This document shows, piece by piece, positions 1 through 13,713 of a stretch of 64,000 nt of DNA. This DNA is from Bispira polyomma (Eukaryota). The notes under the pieces were generated by a model. The model did not search any database. It saw nothing but the letters and a program-made list of their open reading frames with translations, and was not told the DNA's origin. The stretch's first letter is position 1. Each line of letters opens with the position of its first letter. Where the stretch lies: NCBI GenBank assembly GCA_965649765.1, contig OZ287756.1, positions 55,056,001 through 55,120,000 on the forward strand, written 5' to 3'. The position numbers were made by a program, and so were the translations under genes.

Positions 1-1297
1 GACCTATTTGTATTATGTGTCATACGTAAAATGAGATACATAAACAGATAAGATAAAAAAAAACCATGATGGACGAAATGGCCATCAGACAAAGGGGGCA
101 TTATACAGATTACAAGACCCACAAACCTGACACATGACTGGGTATACACTTACAATACAAGCAAGTAGTAATAGTATTTTGCCTCACTAGCTTGATAAAT
201 TATGTTTTGATTTGTTTTCTTATTTGATTTTCTTCTATTGATGTGCCCTTTACCAAGAATAATTACATAATTAATAGCTATCAGTATGTTGTTATTATGA
301 AAAGGGATTCCAGATAGGATTTCGCATACTGTTAACTAAATTTTAATTATTATTATATTCCATAATATAGGGATTTCAGATTATTTATGTGATCAGTTCA
401 AATTCAGGGTTTTAAGTTCAGTACTCAATCAGTACTCAGTACCAAAAATAGAAGTTTTATTTTTCAAGTATTAACATGCAAAAAATAGTACTTTTTCGTT
501 TTATCTTTAAATGAAACTTTATTTCAACCTTGTATTTGTGCTTTAAATTCAGTAATGTTTTAGGTTTTCTTTAGTTTGCTATCAAAAGACGAAAACAGTT
601 GATACCAGACAAGCATTTGTATCTGACAGTACATTTGGACATGAAACTACTTTCCAAAAAAATCTGTAAAATGGCAGTCCAGCCAAAAAATTGATCATGG
701 GCTGTTTATGCAATGTCTTTGTAATAGAAATGCATTTTATATTCCACTCTGTGTTACACACTAACACGTCCAATTTCCGTGACGAGTGAATAATAATTGA
801 AACCTGACCCCTCACCCCCCCCCCCCACCCCCCCACCCCCACACCCTACCAAAATAAAAAACAGGTTTTTATTACAATTTAAATAATCAGTACACTATGA
901 GCAAGGTTGTTTTACTTTTTAAAAATGGCACATTATTGTCCACTGTGATGTACACTTATAGAAGTAACAACAGCTTTTTTTCCTAAAAATAACATATTTG
1001 TATACTCATGGTACCAAAACAACAAAAGCTGGTGTTAACATCAAGAGGTCATGGCCAAGCTAATGTATTCATTATAATTGAACACTATTTACAGAAAATT
1101 ATTAGTAACCGGTACTCGTAAATTTGAAATGCTGAGCCCCTTAACTGGCATGTACAGTACCACGGGACAAAGTTCAGGCTACTTTGCTGTTTTATTTTCA
1201 GAGACCTTTAACTTGAGGGTTGGTTGGGCGACATCATGTTGTATTACAAGTGTAAGATGAAGCATTTAGACGGTGTAGGTTTACTGACAATATTCAT

Positions 1298-1300
<3 letters not shown>

Positions 1301-1384
<84 letters not shown>
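1301..1384. repeat. (TA)n microsatellite
   Basis: Uninterrupted run of about 42 AT dinucleotides. Confidence 0.98.
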
Positions 1385-1388
<4 letters not shown>

Positions 1389-2009
1389 TTTATCGTTGTT
1401 AATGTTACAAGTTTTTTTCACAAGAAAACATAAATAACTAATTGATGTGGAATTACCATGTTTCTGGTTGAAAATGCTAGGACTTTTTTGTTCTTCTGAA
1501 ATTTTCCTTTCCGGTATTGCGTCACAGCTGACCTACATTGAATTTAGTGAAATGGTTACTACGGTACTAAAGCATGGAATGACACTCGGAACTGGAACTG
1601 ACTGGCAAACAAATTTGTAGGACCAAGAAAATTGACGCAAAATGTAATTTATTTTATGGCATTTTCTGTTTAAAACTTAAAATTGATTAATTGATTGTAT
1701 CTATTTAAATACTTAACATAATATGTTCATTTTGGTATTACCGGTTACCTCTTATTGTGATAGGTGTCACAAATTGCAATTAAAAAATTGTTTCGAAGAT
1801 ATTGTTAGTAAAATGTGGACTTTGTATACAGAATTGCTAAAAAACCTTTTATAGTGGAGGTTATTGACTTATATCTCAGTAAGGTAATATAGATATTCAG
1901 ATTACAGATTTGTGAATCCAGATGAAAAGTATTTTTGATAATAAATAATAGCTGAGAAAGTCGAAGTTAAAAGTAGACTTTACTTTAAAATTAATACTCA
2001 ATATTGTGA

Positions 2010-2265
2010 ATTTGAATTTGGATATTTAACGTCCACTCTTGTACCTTTTAGTAGGTTATATTGGGACGGGTAGTTGGAAACGCTGGAGAAAACACTGCAT
2101 ACAGTCGGTCAAGGTTCTGCACTGAAACCAGCGGCCCACAGTAAGGAACTACCACCTTTCCCACATAGGCATCGACGGGATTCGAACTCACGCCGCCCAG
2201 AGGTGAAGAGACCAGTGATTGTGAAGCGCAATGCTTGCTAACCACTAGGCCACCGGCGGCCCCAG
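2010..2265 (-). mobile_element. tRNA-derived SINE, full length with target-site duplication
   Basis: The minus strand starts with a tRNA-like head carrying an A box (TGGCCTAGTGG) and B box (GAGTTCGAATCC) and ends in a short CAAATT-type tail. It is flanked by a 12-bp direct repeat TCAATATTGTGA (1998-2009 and 2266-2277). A second copy lies at about 23851-24103. Confidence 0.9.
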
Positions 2266-2728
2266 TCAATATTGTGAGAAAGACAATTTATTTATTACAA
2301 CCTAGAGATTTAACACATATATGATATTAAAGACAATAAATTATAGATTGAAAGTATTTTGGAAAAACTAAAATGTATTCAATACTGACTGAAATATGAC
2401 ATTTTGAACTTCAAGTTTATCAAATCGAATATTTAAGCATGAGATATTGATAAAAATTTTATATCTTAAGAGTTTTAAGTGGTATAACAGTTCTGGTTCC
2501 ATGTTCTGAGAGTTAGATCATTATATATTTTGGCATTTTTTACAGAATACAAATTTAAAGTATTTTACATATATGGTAATTAAAACATCTATAATAGACT
2601 TACATCAAACCACATTCACCTCACTCCGACCTGGCTTTTTTGAAGGCTATTCTTGTTTCAGCGCTTTCTCTACTTTGTGTTTTTTTTTTCTCTGTTTCTG
2701 TGTGTCACTTTATGAGTGGATAATATGT

Positions 2729-2862
2729 GTAAAACTACTCGAGTGGTGTATATTAAAATTTCAATATATATGACTCTAGAAGATCAAACAACAAAGTACT
2801 TGTGGATTATTTGATCTTCTAGAGTCATATATTTTTAATATACACCACTAGAGTGGTTTTAC
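2729..2862. repeat. Imperfect palindrome / small MITE-like hairpin
   Basis: GTAAAACTACTCGAGTGGTGTATATTAAAA...ATATATGACTCTAGAAGATCAAA pairs with TTTGATCTTCTAGAGTCATATAT...TTAATATACACCACTAGAGTGGTTTTAC around a loop of about 20 nt. Confidence 0.75.
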
Positions 2863-3899
2863 TTTTATACAGGTAACAAACAGACGTGGTTAGTTTTTAA
2901 AGTCAGCAAGACAATCTTGCACACAGAGTAAACAACGCCTTGAAACACAACTAAAACAGTATTACAGTTATCCCATTATTGTCTGTATTAAGTATTTTTA
3001 GCTACAAGAAGATAAAGTAAATTGTTTTTAGCTACAGGAAGATAGATAATATTGCTAAAACCATTTAAGTATTCAACCATTCATGTCTGTTAAAATTAAA
3101 AGTATTGCACTGACTTTTAAGCGCAAAAGAGGGTTGGATACAATGAAGGAAATGTTTATTGTTATGTATTTGTATGTTTATAAAATATGTATATGTCACT
3201 ATAATAAAGAAATAAATGAACTGAGACTGTCAATGAATAAAAGTTAAACATCTGTCTCTGACGAATTGTGTCATGTATTGATCTACACACACAGTTCTAC
3301 ACTGGAGCTTTTTGTAGGCTCTAATTTTGAGACACAGAACCATATCTGGATGTTTGTTTACCTAACATTATGACGTGCCCTTTATCGGAGCATTTCATGG
3401 CCGAGTGGATAATTAAATAAATAAATAATATACCTATAGCATATGATAAGTATATGAATAATTTACTAAAACCTTTTCAGATAAGGTAAAACTTTCTCTC
3501 ATTTTTCTTCCAAAGAAGATAATAATGATATTGTACCGCTATTTAAAGATAATAAGGATATTCTTCCATATTCTCCACGAATATGTCTGTGAAGAAGTGC
3601 AGTATATCACAATATGTTCAGATATTATTTGCCCTATATTACAAGTGACAATCAATTAATGGACCTATTTTCGCAGAATTTTTCACTTTCAACCACTGTA
3701 ATTTGGTGCATATTGAACTCCCATATAAACCCTGTATTGGTCTGTGTATAGCTAAAGCTCAGTGCCCTGTGATGAGATAATATTAGCCATATACTACTGT
3801 GCATACACCTCCTATATTAACCTTGTATAATATAATAAATCTGATTGACAAAAGATCCATTATATTTCCAACATTATGATAGTCAGATGATGAATATTG

Positions 3900-4560
3900 C
3901 TTTGGCATGGTTGTTTTAATACTCTACCATACATTAAGTGCAAATTTACTACAACTTAGGTCTTCTGAAATTAAGTTTAAGTTACCACAACTCACAGCGC
4001 TACTACCATTAATTGTTCATTTACCACAAAAGCTTATATATATATTATCACTGTTGATAACTTTATCAATGGATTTCACAAAATGTCCATAAATTTAATA
4101 TTCAACTGCTATATCACTCACAATAAGAGGTAAATAATTACTGTGGGTTCTTGGGAAAATAGATAACAATTTACAGATACATTTACGCCATTGTGGGCAG
4201 AAATTTTGCATAATATTTGATGAATAATTCCATAGTACACATCCATATATAGGCATGCAAAATGTTTTGAATAACTTGACATCAACATATGCATCATTGA
4301 AAAAAACTTTCCAATCAAGTGACCACAAAGTGAGTAGCACATTTAGTAACTTTAAAAGCTACACCATTATGAATTAAATCATTTTGCTATCTTTTTCACC
4401 ATTAAAATGTACTAATTGGTTCTTACTGCCAAAATGTTCACATATAGAGAGCATCAATCTTAAGGCCTAAATACTGGGAGCCAGGATAGGAATATCATCT
4501 ACATAACATAGTGAACCACAATAAAGATTACCAATGCCACATCCAACTCATGATAGCTTT
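3900..4560 (-). pseudogene. Degenerate non-LTR retrotransposon ORF2 fragment (RT C-terminal region)
   Basis: The minus-strand peptide KLFKTFCMPIYGCVLW...WRKCICKLLSIFPRTHSNYLPLI matches the post-RT region of LINE ORF2. A degraded YVDDI-like motif lies near 4495-4510. The fragment is frameshifted and its boundaries are approximate. Confidence 0.7.
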
Positions 4561-5054
4561 TACTTCATTAATAAGGTGTCCATTTCTGTGTTTTGGCCAA
4601 TACTCAATTCTTATAGGGGATTTATGGTGATTCATTGGATATTTTGTTATATTTCATCAATTAAACAATATTTATTCCTTTTGGACCCTTTAACGGTCAT
4701 ATGTTGTGGTCACAAAGTTACAGATACATGAAGGGAATACTGCAAACAATACATGACGGGCTCCGACCTATACTACGGACGTCAAAGTGATGTCATACAG
4801 GAGATAACAACATGAAATTGAAAATTTGTTACTTACTTTTATTGATACATACGCTTGATGTCATAAGTGCCTAAGAAATCACCTTTTGAGGGAAATGTCC
4901 ACTGATTAAATTATGATATTACTATGACTATTAAAGTTTAAAATGTTGCAGATATGTTGTGAAGGATAAATTGACACAGTTTTGGAAAATTTTTACCGAA
5001 TTAAAACTGATTGCTTTCCTTAAAAAAGAAGCATAAATAAATGAATTCATAAAC

Positions 5055-5803
5055 TATATTTGAATGTGTACAAAATTTCAGGGGTTAAAAGTGAAACAAT
5101 CAGGAAAAATAGGTTTATTAATTGATTTATGGTACTATTTGAAGGAAAGAAAAAATCAGAATTTTGCAGATAATGTACATTGATTATATTCTAATATCAT
5201 CATAAATATTGAGGCTGGAAATGTAACAGTCATATGATCTTGAAGATAAATTAGCATACTATCTTGTTATTGGCTGTGTATCGTTACAGCTACTACATAA
5301 ATTAATAATATGTAGATATATTTCTAACTACAGGTGAGAGTCCTTAGAAATTAAAGGTCATGTATAAGATCACAGAATTTTGTGTTTGATTTCAATTGAT
5401 CAAAAAATTACACTTTTAACGGAATTAAAGTATCTCAAGTATTGACTGAGTGAAAGTTGAATTAAGGTAATTGGTATTTTTAGATAGGATTTTTCAAATC
5501 TTAGGATGGACTAGAGCTAGTTTTGCACCCATTCTAAGACTTATCAAAAACATTAGCAAAACTTGAGAAGTGTTTAAAGTTGCATATAGATAGATAGATT
5601 GGGGGAAATGGCTCATATGATCATATGACTGTTACATTTCCAGCCTCAATATTTATGATGATATTAGAATATAATCAATGTACATTATCTGCAAAATTCT
5701 GATTTTTTCTTTCCTTCAAATAGTACCATAAATCAATTAATAAACCTATTTTTCCTGATTGTTTCACTTTTAACCCCTGAAATTTTGTACACATTCAAAT
5801 ATA
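5055..5803. repeat. 185-bp inverted repeat with 379-bp spacer
   Basis: 5055-5239 is the reverse complement of 5619-5803; no mismatch seen by eye. Confidence 0.93.
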
Positions 5804-7045
5804 TGGGATATAGATAAAGTTTTTAATATACTGACAGTGTGTTATATATGTGTACATTAAAAAACACATACAAAATATATATTACAAACACCCAGATTTT
5901 TAGGCTTACAAGTCAGTTTAACATTCAATAATTAATAAATGTGTATGTGTACAAAGTAGAGCTTTAAAGTAGGTACAGGAACTGAGACAGCAGACACCTG
6001 AAGTTGTCCTGCTGGGCACAGTCCTCAGTTCCATAGGCAAGTCCAGCTAGTATAATGCAAAGCTTTTCTCAACATATTTGGGGTTTATTTTCATTAAAAT
6101 GTTACATTAGTTAGTAAGACACTCAGTTAGCTTTGTTAAAACACATATTAACTTTCGACATGTTACCCTAATGGAAATTTACATATTTACATGTATAGTT
6201 AAGATTAACAGCATACTTTAAAATCTATTTGTTTTGTCAACATTCACATATGTAAGCAGGTACCAAAAAGTATTGTAATTTGTCTTTTCACCTATCATAC
6301 CATCATAGTGTGAACCCCACATTACCTTTTTGGCAAGCGTGTTTCATTTGGTTAATGTGGAATTACCACTATGACGGTATGGAGAGGCAGTAAGAGACTG
6401 GGAACACTCTAACTTCCCTTTACTTTAGCTAACTTCCGGAACCTTCTACAGTTGGCAGTGTCAAGGTGCATCTCTTGGGTATGGGCAGAACTGCTGTATT
6501 TTGGTATCACTACTGTAAGTAATTTTGTATTTCAGCCCATTCCTGACTTTTGTGTATTTCTCTATCACTGTTCTAACTCTTCTGTACCAGCAATTGTCTG
6601 TCTGTGGAACTTATCTGGACAAGTTTAAGAGGGCTTATTTTCCATAGGTGGATCAGCTGAGATAACAGGTGCACAGACAAGGTATAATACCTTCTGGAAA
6701 CACAATATGTGAACGCTACATAATAATTTAGAAATATTACTTTGTTTGGACAAGATAAACAAACTTCTGTGCAAAATAATGTCTACATATAGAAACCGGG
6801 GATTTTTCATGCGGTTATTCATTGTTTTCCTTTCTGATGATGCATCAAATTGTAGAACTGATATTATAAACATTTTCTAGATAGTATATCATATGCACAT
6901 AGTACTTAATGTCTAAGAATTTCAACAAACAAATGGATTGAGTGGTATGTGATTGATTATAAGTGAGGACGTCATTTGATGCCATAATACGTAGTCTGCT
7001 GTGTGTGCTTTAGTGACTAGCTATCTATAGCCTATTACCTAAAAA

Positions 7046-7120
7046 ATTTAGGTAATAATTTTAGGTAATATATTTAGGTAATATATTTTGGTAAAATTTA
7101 GGTAATATATTTAGGTAATA
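7046..7120. repeat. Short tandem repeat, ATTTAGGTAAT-type unit
   Basis: About six imperfect copies of (A)TTTAGGTAAT(AT). Confidence 0.85.
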
Positions 7121-8145
7121 CTTCCCACAATAGTTTGATCTTGGGTTTGAAAGGGTTAAATATTCACATTAGATACAGATATATCAAATGTGTCTTTCAT
7201 ATGTTCTTTTAAAAACTGGCAACTCTTTTTTTGACAACTGTTTCAGTTTATTTTTTACTTGAGATCATTCATTATTTTCTATGCACCTAAAGATCATGGT
7301 GTGTACATGATGATTTTAAGTGACTGATTACGTAGTTAAGAACAAGTTTACTACATAAACATCAGGATACTCTTGTGGCCAGTCTATTCAGCCAGTACAC
7401 TGTAATTGGTGTTTCTCTGTGTCGTCAGAAAGACTGTTCATGTATGCTGGTTTCAGGTGGTTTGAATTGTGTGCCTATAGATAATGTATGTATATATTGT
7501 AACCCAATTTTGTGGTAGTTTTATTTTACTCAAATCCAAAAACTGCTGTATACTCTAAATATAGTTTATACAGTGCTTGTAGGTGGAGATTCCTTTGGCT
7601 CTGATTATATGGTATCACTTGAGTTTTTAGCTTTCATCTTTCATTTCCAGAAAGTAACACTGAGATTCTGCTGTACTAAATTTGTGCCCGGCTATCAGGT
7701 TATATAATTGAGCATAAAATACCAGAACTGTTTTCCATATATGGAGCTTTTTGCTGGTGTGGACATAATCCAAGTACTGACTGATTTCTGCCACACCCAA
7801 ATGCCAGAAGTTAATAATAAAACAAACGCACAGTAACAAACATAAGCTCTATTATAGACTACATCTAATATACAAATATTTCATTTTGATGAACTGATTT
7901 TCACTCCAAATTAATGTCTTCCAGTTTTATAACGGACTGCTGCTTTATACTTTATTAACCTTTATTATCCGAAACATTTTTTGCACTCCCAACATGTTTG
8001 GATAGTAGAAGTGCCGCTATACGTCTTTCAAAAAAATATCAAAGTAATTTTTGTATCAAGATGTTTTATCTTATCACACTGATTTAAATAGTTAAACAAT
8101 TTCAAACATATGACAAGAATTTATGTTTTTTATATTGTATTTTAG

Positions 8146-8467
8146 TTGACCTCTGGAGCAGCATAGTTATGAACATCAACAGCTATTTAGTGCAGGCAGT
8201 GTTTGGTGGTGATGAGGACAAAGTAGAGAGACTTATCAGTGAAGGTGCAGATGTAAACTGCCGAAATCTAAATGGAGACCCAATATTGGTACTAGCAGCA
8301 ATGTGTGCACATAGACACTTTGTGCCCTTGTCATATGTTGACTGGTCAGGTGAAATAATAGCCACAGAAAACAAGGAGAAGGTCCAAAGTTACATTGATA
8401 TATATAGCAATCTTCACAATGCCGGTGCTGATACTACAGCTGTGGACCATGATGGAAATAATGCAAG
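8146..8467 (+). CDS. Ankyrin-repeat gene, first recognisable coding exon (ATG at 8169)
   Basis: Acceptor TATTTTAG|8146 and donor AAG|GTAAGG after 8467 (phase 2). The peptide LVQAVFGGDEDKVERLISEGADVNCRNLNGDPILVLAA...LHNAGADTTAVDHDGNNA forms two ankyrin repeats with an insertion in the second. The frame is also open upstream of the ATG, so the start codon is not certain. Confidence 0.85.
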
Positions 8468-8959
8468 GTAAGGAGTATTCCTCTGTGTTATACATCAAAA
8501 CTATCTACAGACTGCAAGTTGTAGCCTATTTACAGTTGGTGTTTTTAGACTTTTCCTAATAATTTGTAATTAGTCTACTGTAAAATAAATCCCTTAAAAA
8601 GTATGGGTTCTGTCAGTGTCAATTTGTTAATTTTAAAATTAATTCAGTCAGCACAAAAAAGAACATGAGCTCATTATGTACAGGAATTTCATTAAAATAG
8701 TTTGTGTCTATCAAACAAAATCTTGTTCTTATGAACTCTAAAACATTTCTACTATCACAATACAGGTTTATAGAACTCATTTCAATTGAAACCATTAATG
8801 TTTAATTTGATTGTTTTATTTGCAATCTTGAGGTAACAGAACCAATGCTAGTAAAATGTATTCGTGTGAAAGTCATACCATTGTGCACTGCCATTATGTA
8901 CTCCTTATAGCCAGTTTAATGTCACAATATAGAAAATACCCATGTTGTTCTTTGTAGCA

Positions 8960-9580
8960 TATCAAAATAATTATATAACATTTAATATATCAGAATTAAA
9001 AGTTAGAATTATTTACACAAAGTTTAATAATCAAGGCTTAAGATCAAGAATATTATTTAGTATTCTATATTAGAACCACTTAATAGAATTGTCAGAAACT
9101 ATATAAAAGCATATCTTATATTTAGTTTTCCATACTTCTTTATCAAAATCAGAATTTATTCTTGGAACCAGATATCACCTTTTCCAAATTAAATTGATAG
9201 ATACAGATAAATGCGGTTTATGTGGCAAGGACTCAGAATCAAAAATTCATCACAAAATTCATCACATCAAAATGTGAGAAATCTAATGAGTTATGGTCGG
9301 TTATACTTTGGTGGATTAAAAGTAAAATCAACATTAACATTCAGTTGACAGAGTCAGTAAAAATATTGGGGTGCTAAACAGTAGATGAAATTTTTCTTAC
9401 CTTTGAATTATATACTAATAATGACTCGAAAATACATATTTTGGTGTGAAAAAAGAACTACCAGTTAAATTTTTATCAACTTCAGAAAGAAATAAAATCA
9501 AAGTATACAGAGGAAGAAAATTTAGCCAAATTGAATTTCTCAATTGTGAGGTTTAGTAAGATATGAAACAAGGGGAAACC
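8960..9580 (+). pseudogene. Degenerate L1/Tx1-type LINE 3' remnant (zf-RVT region)
   Basis: The peptide ILGTRYHLFQIKLIDTDKCGLCGKDSESKIHH near 9158-9253 matches the CxxC...H zinc-binding tail of L1/Tx1 ORF2. Boundaries are approximate. Confidence 0.65.
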
Positions 9581-9959
9581 TGTCATATTTAATTGTTAAA
9601 GTACTATTAAGTACTACATGTAGCATGTAAAACTAAGTGTTCTTAATATATCTTAAAGATATTGCCATAACACAGCTTAAGACTTAAGATCAAATACTTT
9701 TCCATGCATAACCAACCATATTATGTCCCTCTATTTTTATATTTTCCCATTGTCTGTTGGTTTAGATGAATCCTTTTTTTAAGGATATTGATATTGCACT
9801 TCCAAAGTCTAAATTTTAGAGTACAATTTGATTTCTAATTAGTTTAAGAACGTTAGTATGTGTTCATCCCCCGTGGCTTAGTGGTCAAGAAACAAGAAGC
9901 TATGTATTGATTATTCAGACTAGTCCCAACATGACACTGCGATTGGCCTTAGAGTAATT

Positions 9960-10870
9960 TCTAAAAAAAGTCATGTCATGTCGTGGGAAAATTCACGTCA
10001 AACTATACAATATAAACTAAAAGTACTGAATTGTTGAGTAAAAAAAAAATGGCTTTAAATACAAACTTATGACAAACTAAAAATCGAGGTTTGTACACAA
10101 TAACTACTGCTTATATTTTATTTTGCTCAAAATTTTATTAGTGTATACGTTTAATTTGTTTACCATGACAATATTAAACTCAAAACTCTGTGACGTCACA
10201 ATGCAAATCTGAAAGCTAAGAAATACTAAGTTGTTAGCACAAATAATAAACTTCAAATTCGTATTTTAAAGCGTATTTTAATTTTATGTATAACATATTT
10301 AATATACACCACAATAGTGTTTTTTTCTTTTATTATCTACTGATAAAAGGCTAGTATTATGCTTATATAGGTCAAAATATAACACAAAACAGTTAAAAAG
10401 AGCTCCAAAATATTGAAAATTCACGGCAAATTACATAATACAAACTAAAAGTGCCGAGTTGTGACCTAAAGAATTAGTTTCAAATACAAACTTCTATCAC
10501 TCTAAAAATTGGTTTTGTATACAATAGCATTCCATATTTAATGCTTATATTTTATATATATCAAAAGCTTTAAACTAGTGATGAATTAATTTGTTTGCTG
10601 TGACCGTAAAAAATAACCCAAAACTCAGATGATGTTAACGTTTCAAAACCTTCCATTATGATGTCACAATGCACATCTGAAAACCAAGAAACTAGCCAAG
10701 AATTGTTACCACAGAGAATTAACTGCAAAAACATATTTATAAAGCACTAAAAATCGAGTTTAAGGTACCATTATGTTGTTTTAGGTCCATATTTTATGTT
10801 AATCATATATAAATAACTTTCTGTCCGAAATATTACGTAAAATTGTCACCAAAAACATTAAAAATTCCTG
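9960..10870. repeat. Dispersed AT-rich repeat family with internal ~440-bp tandem subunits
   Basis: 9990-10400 resembles 10417-10850. Related sequence occurs inverted at about 25850-26095 and direct at about 60660-60750 (TATAGGTCAAAATATAACACAAAAC). Confidence 0.6.
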
Positions 10871-11997
10871 TAACTACTACAGTTTTCATATACACATTAA
10901 CGGGCGCCGGGTGATATGGTTCATTTTATCACCCGCCCTGTATCAGCCACAAAAATGTCATACTTACGTCATAGTGGATAATTAAAAAAAATTCCCTTGA
11001 GAATGTATTCTCCTTGATGTGCTCCGTAAAGGTACCCAACTGGATAATAAATTCATATATGATGTATCAATATAAGTCATCTAGACCTTTAATAAGTAAA
11101 CCTCATGAACAATTTTGAGGGTTTTCAAACATTTTATAGTTATATAGTAGAAAGGAGGAATATAAAAATGTATGATCTACGTTTAGCGATGATCAACATC
11201 CATAACTCACTTTTGGGTAGGTATGTTTAAAGGGTTTCCAGAGGGCTGGTACAGCTTTAATATATGATTGATGACCTTACCATAAAAATCATGATTGTAC
11301 TCCATTGCAACATTTATGTTAATGATTATATATTAAAAATAGTGTATTGGGTTCCAGATGTATTTATATATATTAAGTTGACATTATAAATCCTGATTTA
11401 TGTATCAGGTACAAATGACCTGTAGAACCTGTAAAAAATATTAGAAAATGTTTGGTCTTATAAAGTTTAATTTAAAGACATATGTTACTGCACAAGATAT
11501 TGATGTAGTAGAATAGAGCCTCAGTTTAAGGCTTTGGTAACGTAAACACACCAATGCACAACCAATAAATAATACCGCATTTACAGAATTCCATTTTACC
11601 ATCTGTATCCACTATGGCAGCCTTTAAATTCTTCTGTATTAATAATTTACCCATGTAAGAGATGTTCCTCTGTTATGACATTATGTTGATATAAATCTGC
11701 CATATATGATGAAATTATTGAAAGCGTCTAGCTTTAGAAATGTGTATATTTCCTGTCAGTGTTTATTTTTCCTCATTTAATGGGAAAAATCTAAAGTACC
11801 TCTTTTAGAAGAGAGTAACTTTAATGCTTTTATAAAATTAACCTACTTTTTGTACATTAATCGACAGTTCCTAGTTTTTAGTGAAAGTAAGGTATATTTT
11901 ATTGATAGCATGTTAATATCTACACCAATTCTATAACTATTTACATATAGTATAGGTGATTTGGAGTAACATCACTGGATGTAAAATGACATGACAA

Positions 11998-12214
11998 TGC
12001 ATAGCACGACCCAATAGGGGTCTGCTACTTCAGTTCAACCAAAGGAAAATGTATTACTACTTTAAGCCCTAGGGGCAAATTCGACAACTGTAGCATGATT
12101 CATCCAACCGTGAACTGGCCAGCCAATTAGGGGTCTTCCCTCCCAAATTCTGCATTCCTGTCCTAATATCTTCCATTTTGGAAAAGGATTCAGCAGTATA
12201 CACACGTACATTTT
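11998..12214 (+). repeat. Ngaro split direct repeat A1 (217 bp)
   Basis: Matches 17837-18035 except for an 18-bp segment absent from A2. Confidence 0.95.
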
Positions 12215-12339
12215 ATACAGCCAAGTTTATGAAGGCTCTGCTGAATCCAATTGCTTTTAGTATTTTAGTTTTTTATTCTATTGTTTGTTTTTAATATACT
12301 CTACTTTTTATGTGTTTGTGATATATATATTGTGGTAAA

Positions 12340-13593
12340 ATGGGGAGGACGTCTGAAAGGAAATTAAGACACACTAAGAAGACCCCAGCTACTGAAGGCA
12401 GTAAGGCAACAAAGAAAGGTACAGCAAAGAAAAGCAAATTGGGTAAGAATACTCGTATTGATGACAGTATCATAACTAACTCCAGTAGCCTCTTTGATCA
12501 AGCTGAGGCCGACCACGTGTCTCCATCTACCCGATCTCGGCTTACGAACCCTACCGGATCATCACACCAGGCCAATGAAATGCTAACCATACTAAGGCGG
12601 CTTGAGGAATCTAACGCGCTACTCACCCATAGGTTGGATCGAGTAGAAGCTAGAGACTCGACTGCTCAGTCAGCATCTCCTTGCCTAAATCCCACACGTT
12701 CCGCTCACCAGGTCGCGTTGGGTAACGACATCACGGCTCAGCCACACCTCTCAGCTCCAGGTTCCATGACGAATCCTGGTCACTCGTATCCACAGGCACC
12801 GCTGTCGATCAGTACCACGGCTCAGCCACACACGTCAACAGCCAGTTCACTTAACCGGGTCGACTACACCACTGATGCAATCGTTCCCAAAGCAGACATC
12901 CTGAAGACGTTGCCAGACATACAGGCAAGGGTCAACGAGAGGCTAGCCGAGTACAACCTCCAGGCCCAGGCCGTATTTACCCAAGGTAAGGCTGCTCTCA
13001 GACAGAAGTCGGGGAGATTTAATACTACAGACATACCGAACAGCAACCCGAAGACTAGGTGGGCAAACGAGGGGTGGACGGGTACTTCTTCGCGTAAACG
13101 ACCACCTTATGATGACTTGTCGCTTCCTCAGTGGGCATCTGGCCAGTTGGCCAATGCTCTCCAGGTCACGGACCCTCTGGTCTCGAGAGAAATTATACAG
13201 CAGGTCGTTCTATCCCTCAGGGACGCCGCGTCACTACCATGGGAGGTCGTCCGAACGGCCTGGGCGTTAAACATGACCGAGATTGAAGAAGGTAGACTGT
13301 CCTGGGGGGACACAACGCAGTGGGCCCTCAACAGGCTCAGTGCGTCACAGCTAGCTATGGTGAATTCTAAAACCACCAATGCTTCATCTACTCACGTCGG
13401 ATCAACAGCCAAGGTTATTTGCAAACTGTATAACTCCGGAAAGTGTTCGCATAAAGCAGATCACAGCCAGTATAAGCATGTGTGTTGGCACTGTGCTACC
13501 GTGCTTCACAAAGACGTATACCACCCAGAATTTAAGTGTTATAAGTCCAACTCAGCTAAACAGGCAGAATCAGGCTCTTCTTCTACCCACTAG
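12340..13593 (+). CDS. gag: Ngaro Gag-like ORF1
   Basis: 417-aa ORF directly after A1, with a basic N-terminus and a C-terminal Cys/His knuckle CKLYNSGKC...HVCWHC...H...C typical of DIRS/Ngaro ORF1. Confidence 0.88.
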   Translation: MGRTSERKLRHTKKTPATEGSKATKKGTAKKSKLGKNTRIDDSIITNSSSLFDQAEADHVSPSTRSRLTNPTGSSHQANEMLTILRRLEESNALLTHRLDRVEARDSTAQSASPCLNPTRSAHQVALGNDITAQPHLSAPGSMTNPGHSYPQAPLSISTTAQPHTSTASSLNRVDYTTDAIVPKADILKTLPDIQARVNERLAEYNLQAQAVFTQGKAALRQKSGRFNTTDIPNSNPKTRWANEGWTGTSSRKRPPYDDLSLPQWASGQLANALQVTDPLVSREIIQQVVLSLRDAASLPWEVVRTAWALNMTEIEEGRLSWGDTTQWALNRLSASQLAMVNSKTTNASSTHVGSTAKVICKLYNSGKCSHKADHSQYKHVCWHCATVLHKDVYHPEFKCYKSNSAKQAESGSSSTH

Positions 13594-13713
13594 GACATTG
13601 ACCAACTACCAGGACTAGGGCCATCTTGTCATAACAGTGAAAGTAAGAATAAGTTAGAAGTATATGTAAAACAGAATTATGAAGACCAACACATAACTAA
13701 AGCAGATAAGCAT

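Noticed and set aside
1224-1433. ORF with YI repeats and other 60-100 aa ORFs in AT-rich introns
   Set aside because: These are a microsatellite translation or random short frames without domain signal or splice support.
2170-2265. Functional tRNA gene
   Set aside because: It has A and B boxes but no proper cloverleaf, continues into a SINE body and tail, has a TSD, and has a second copy.
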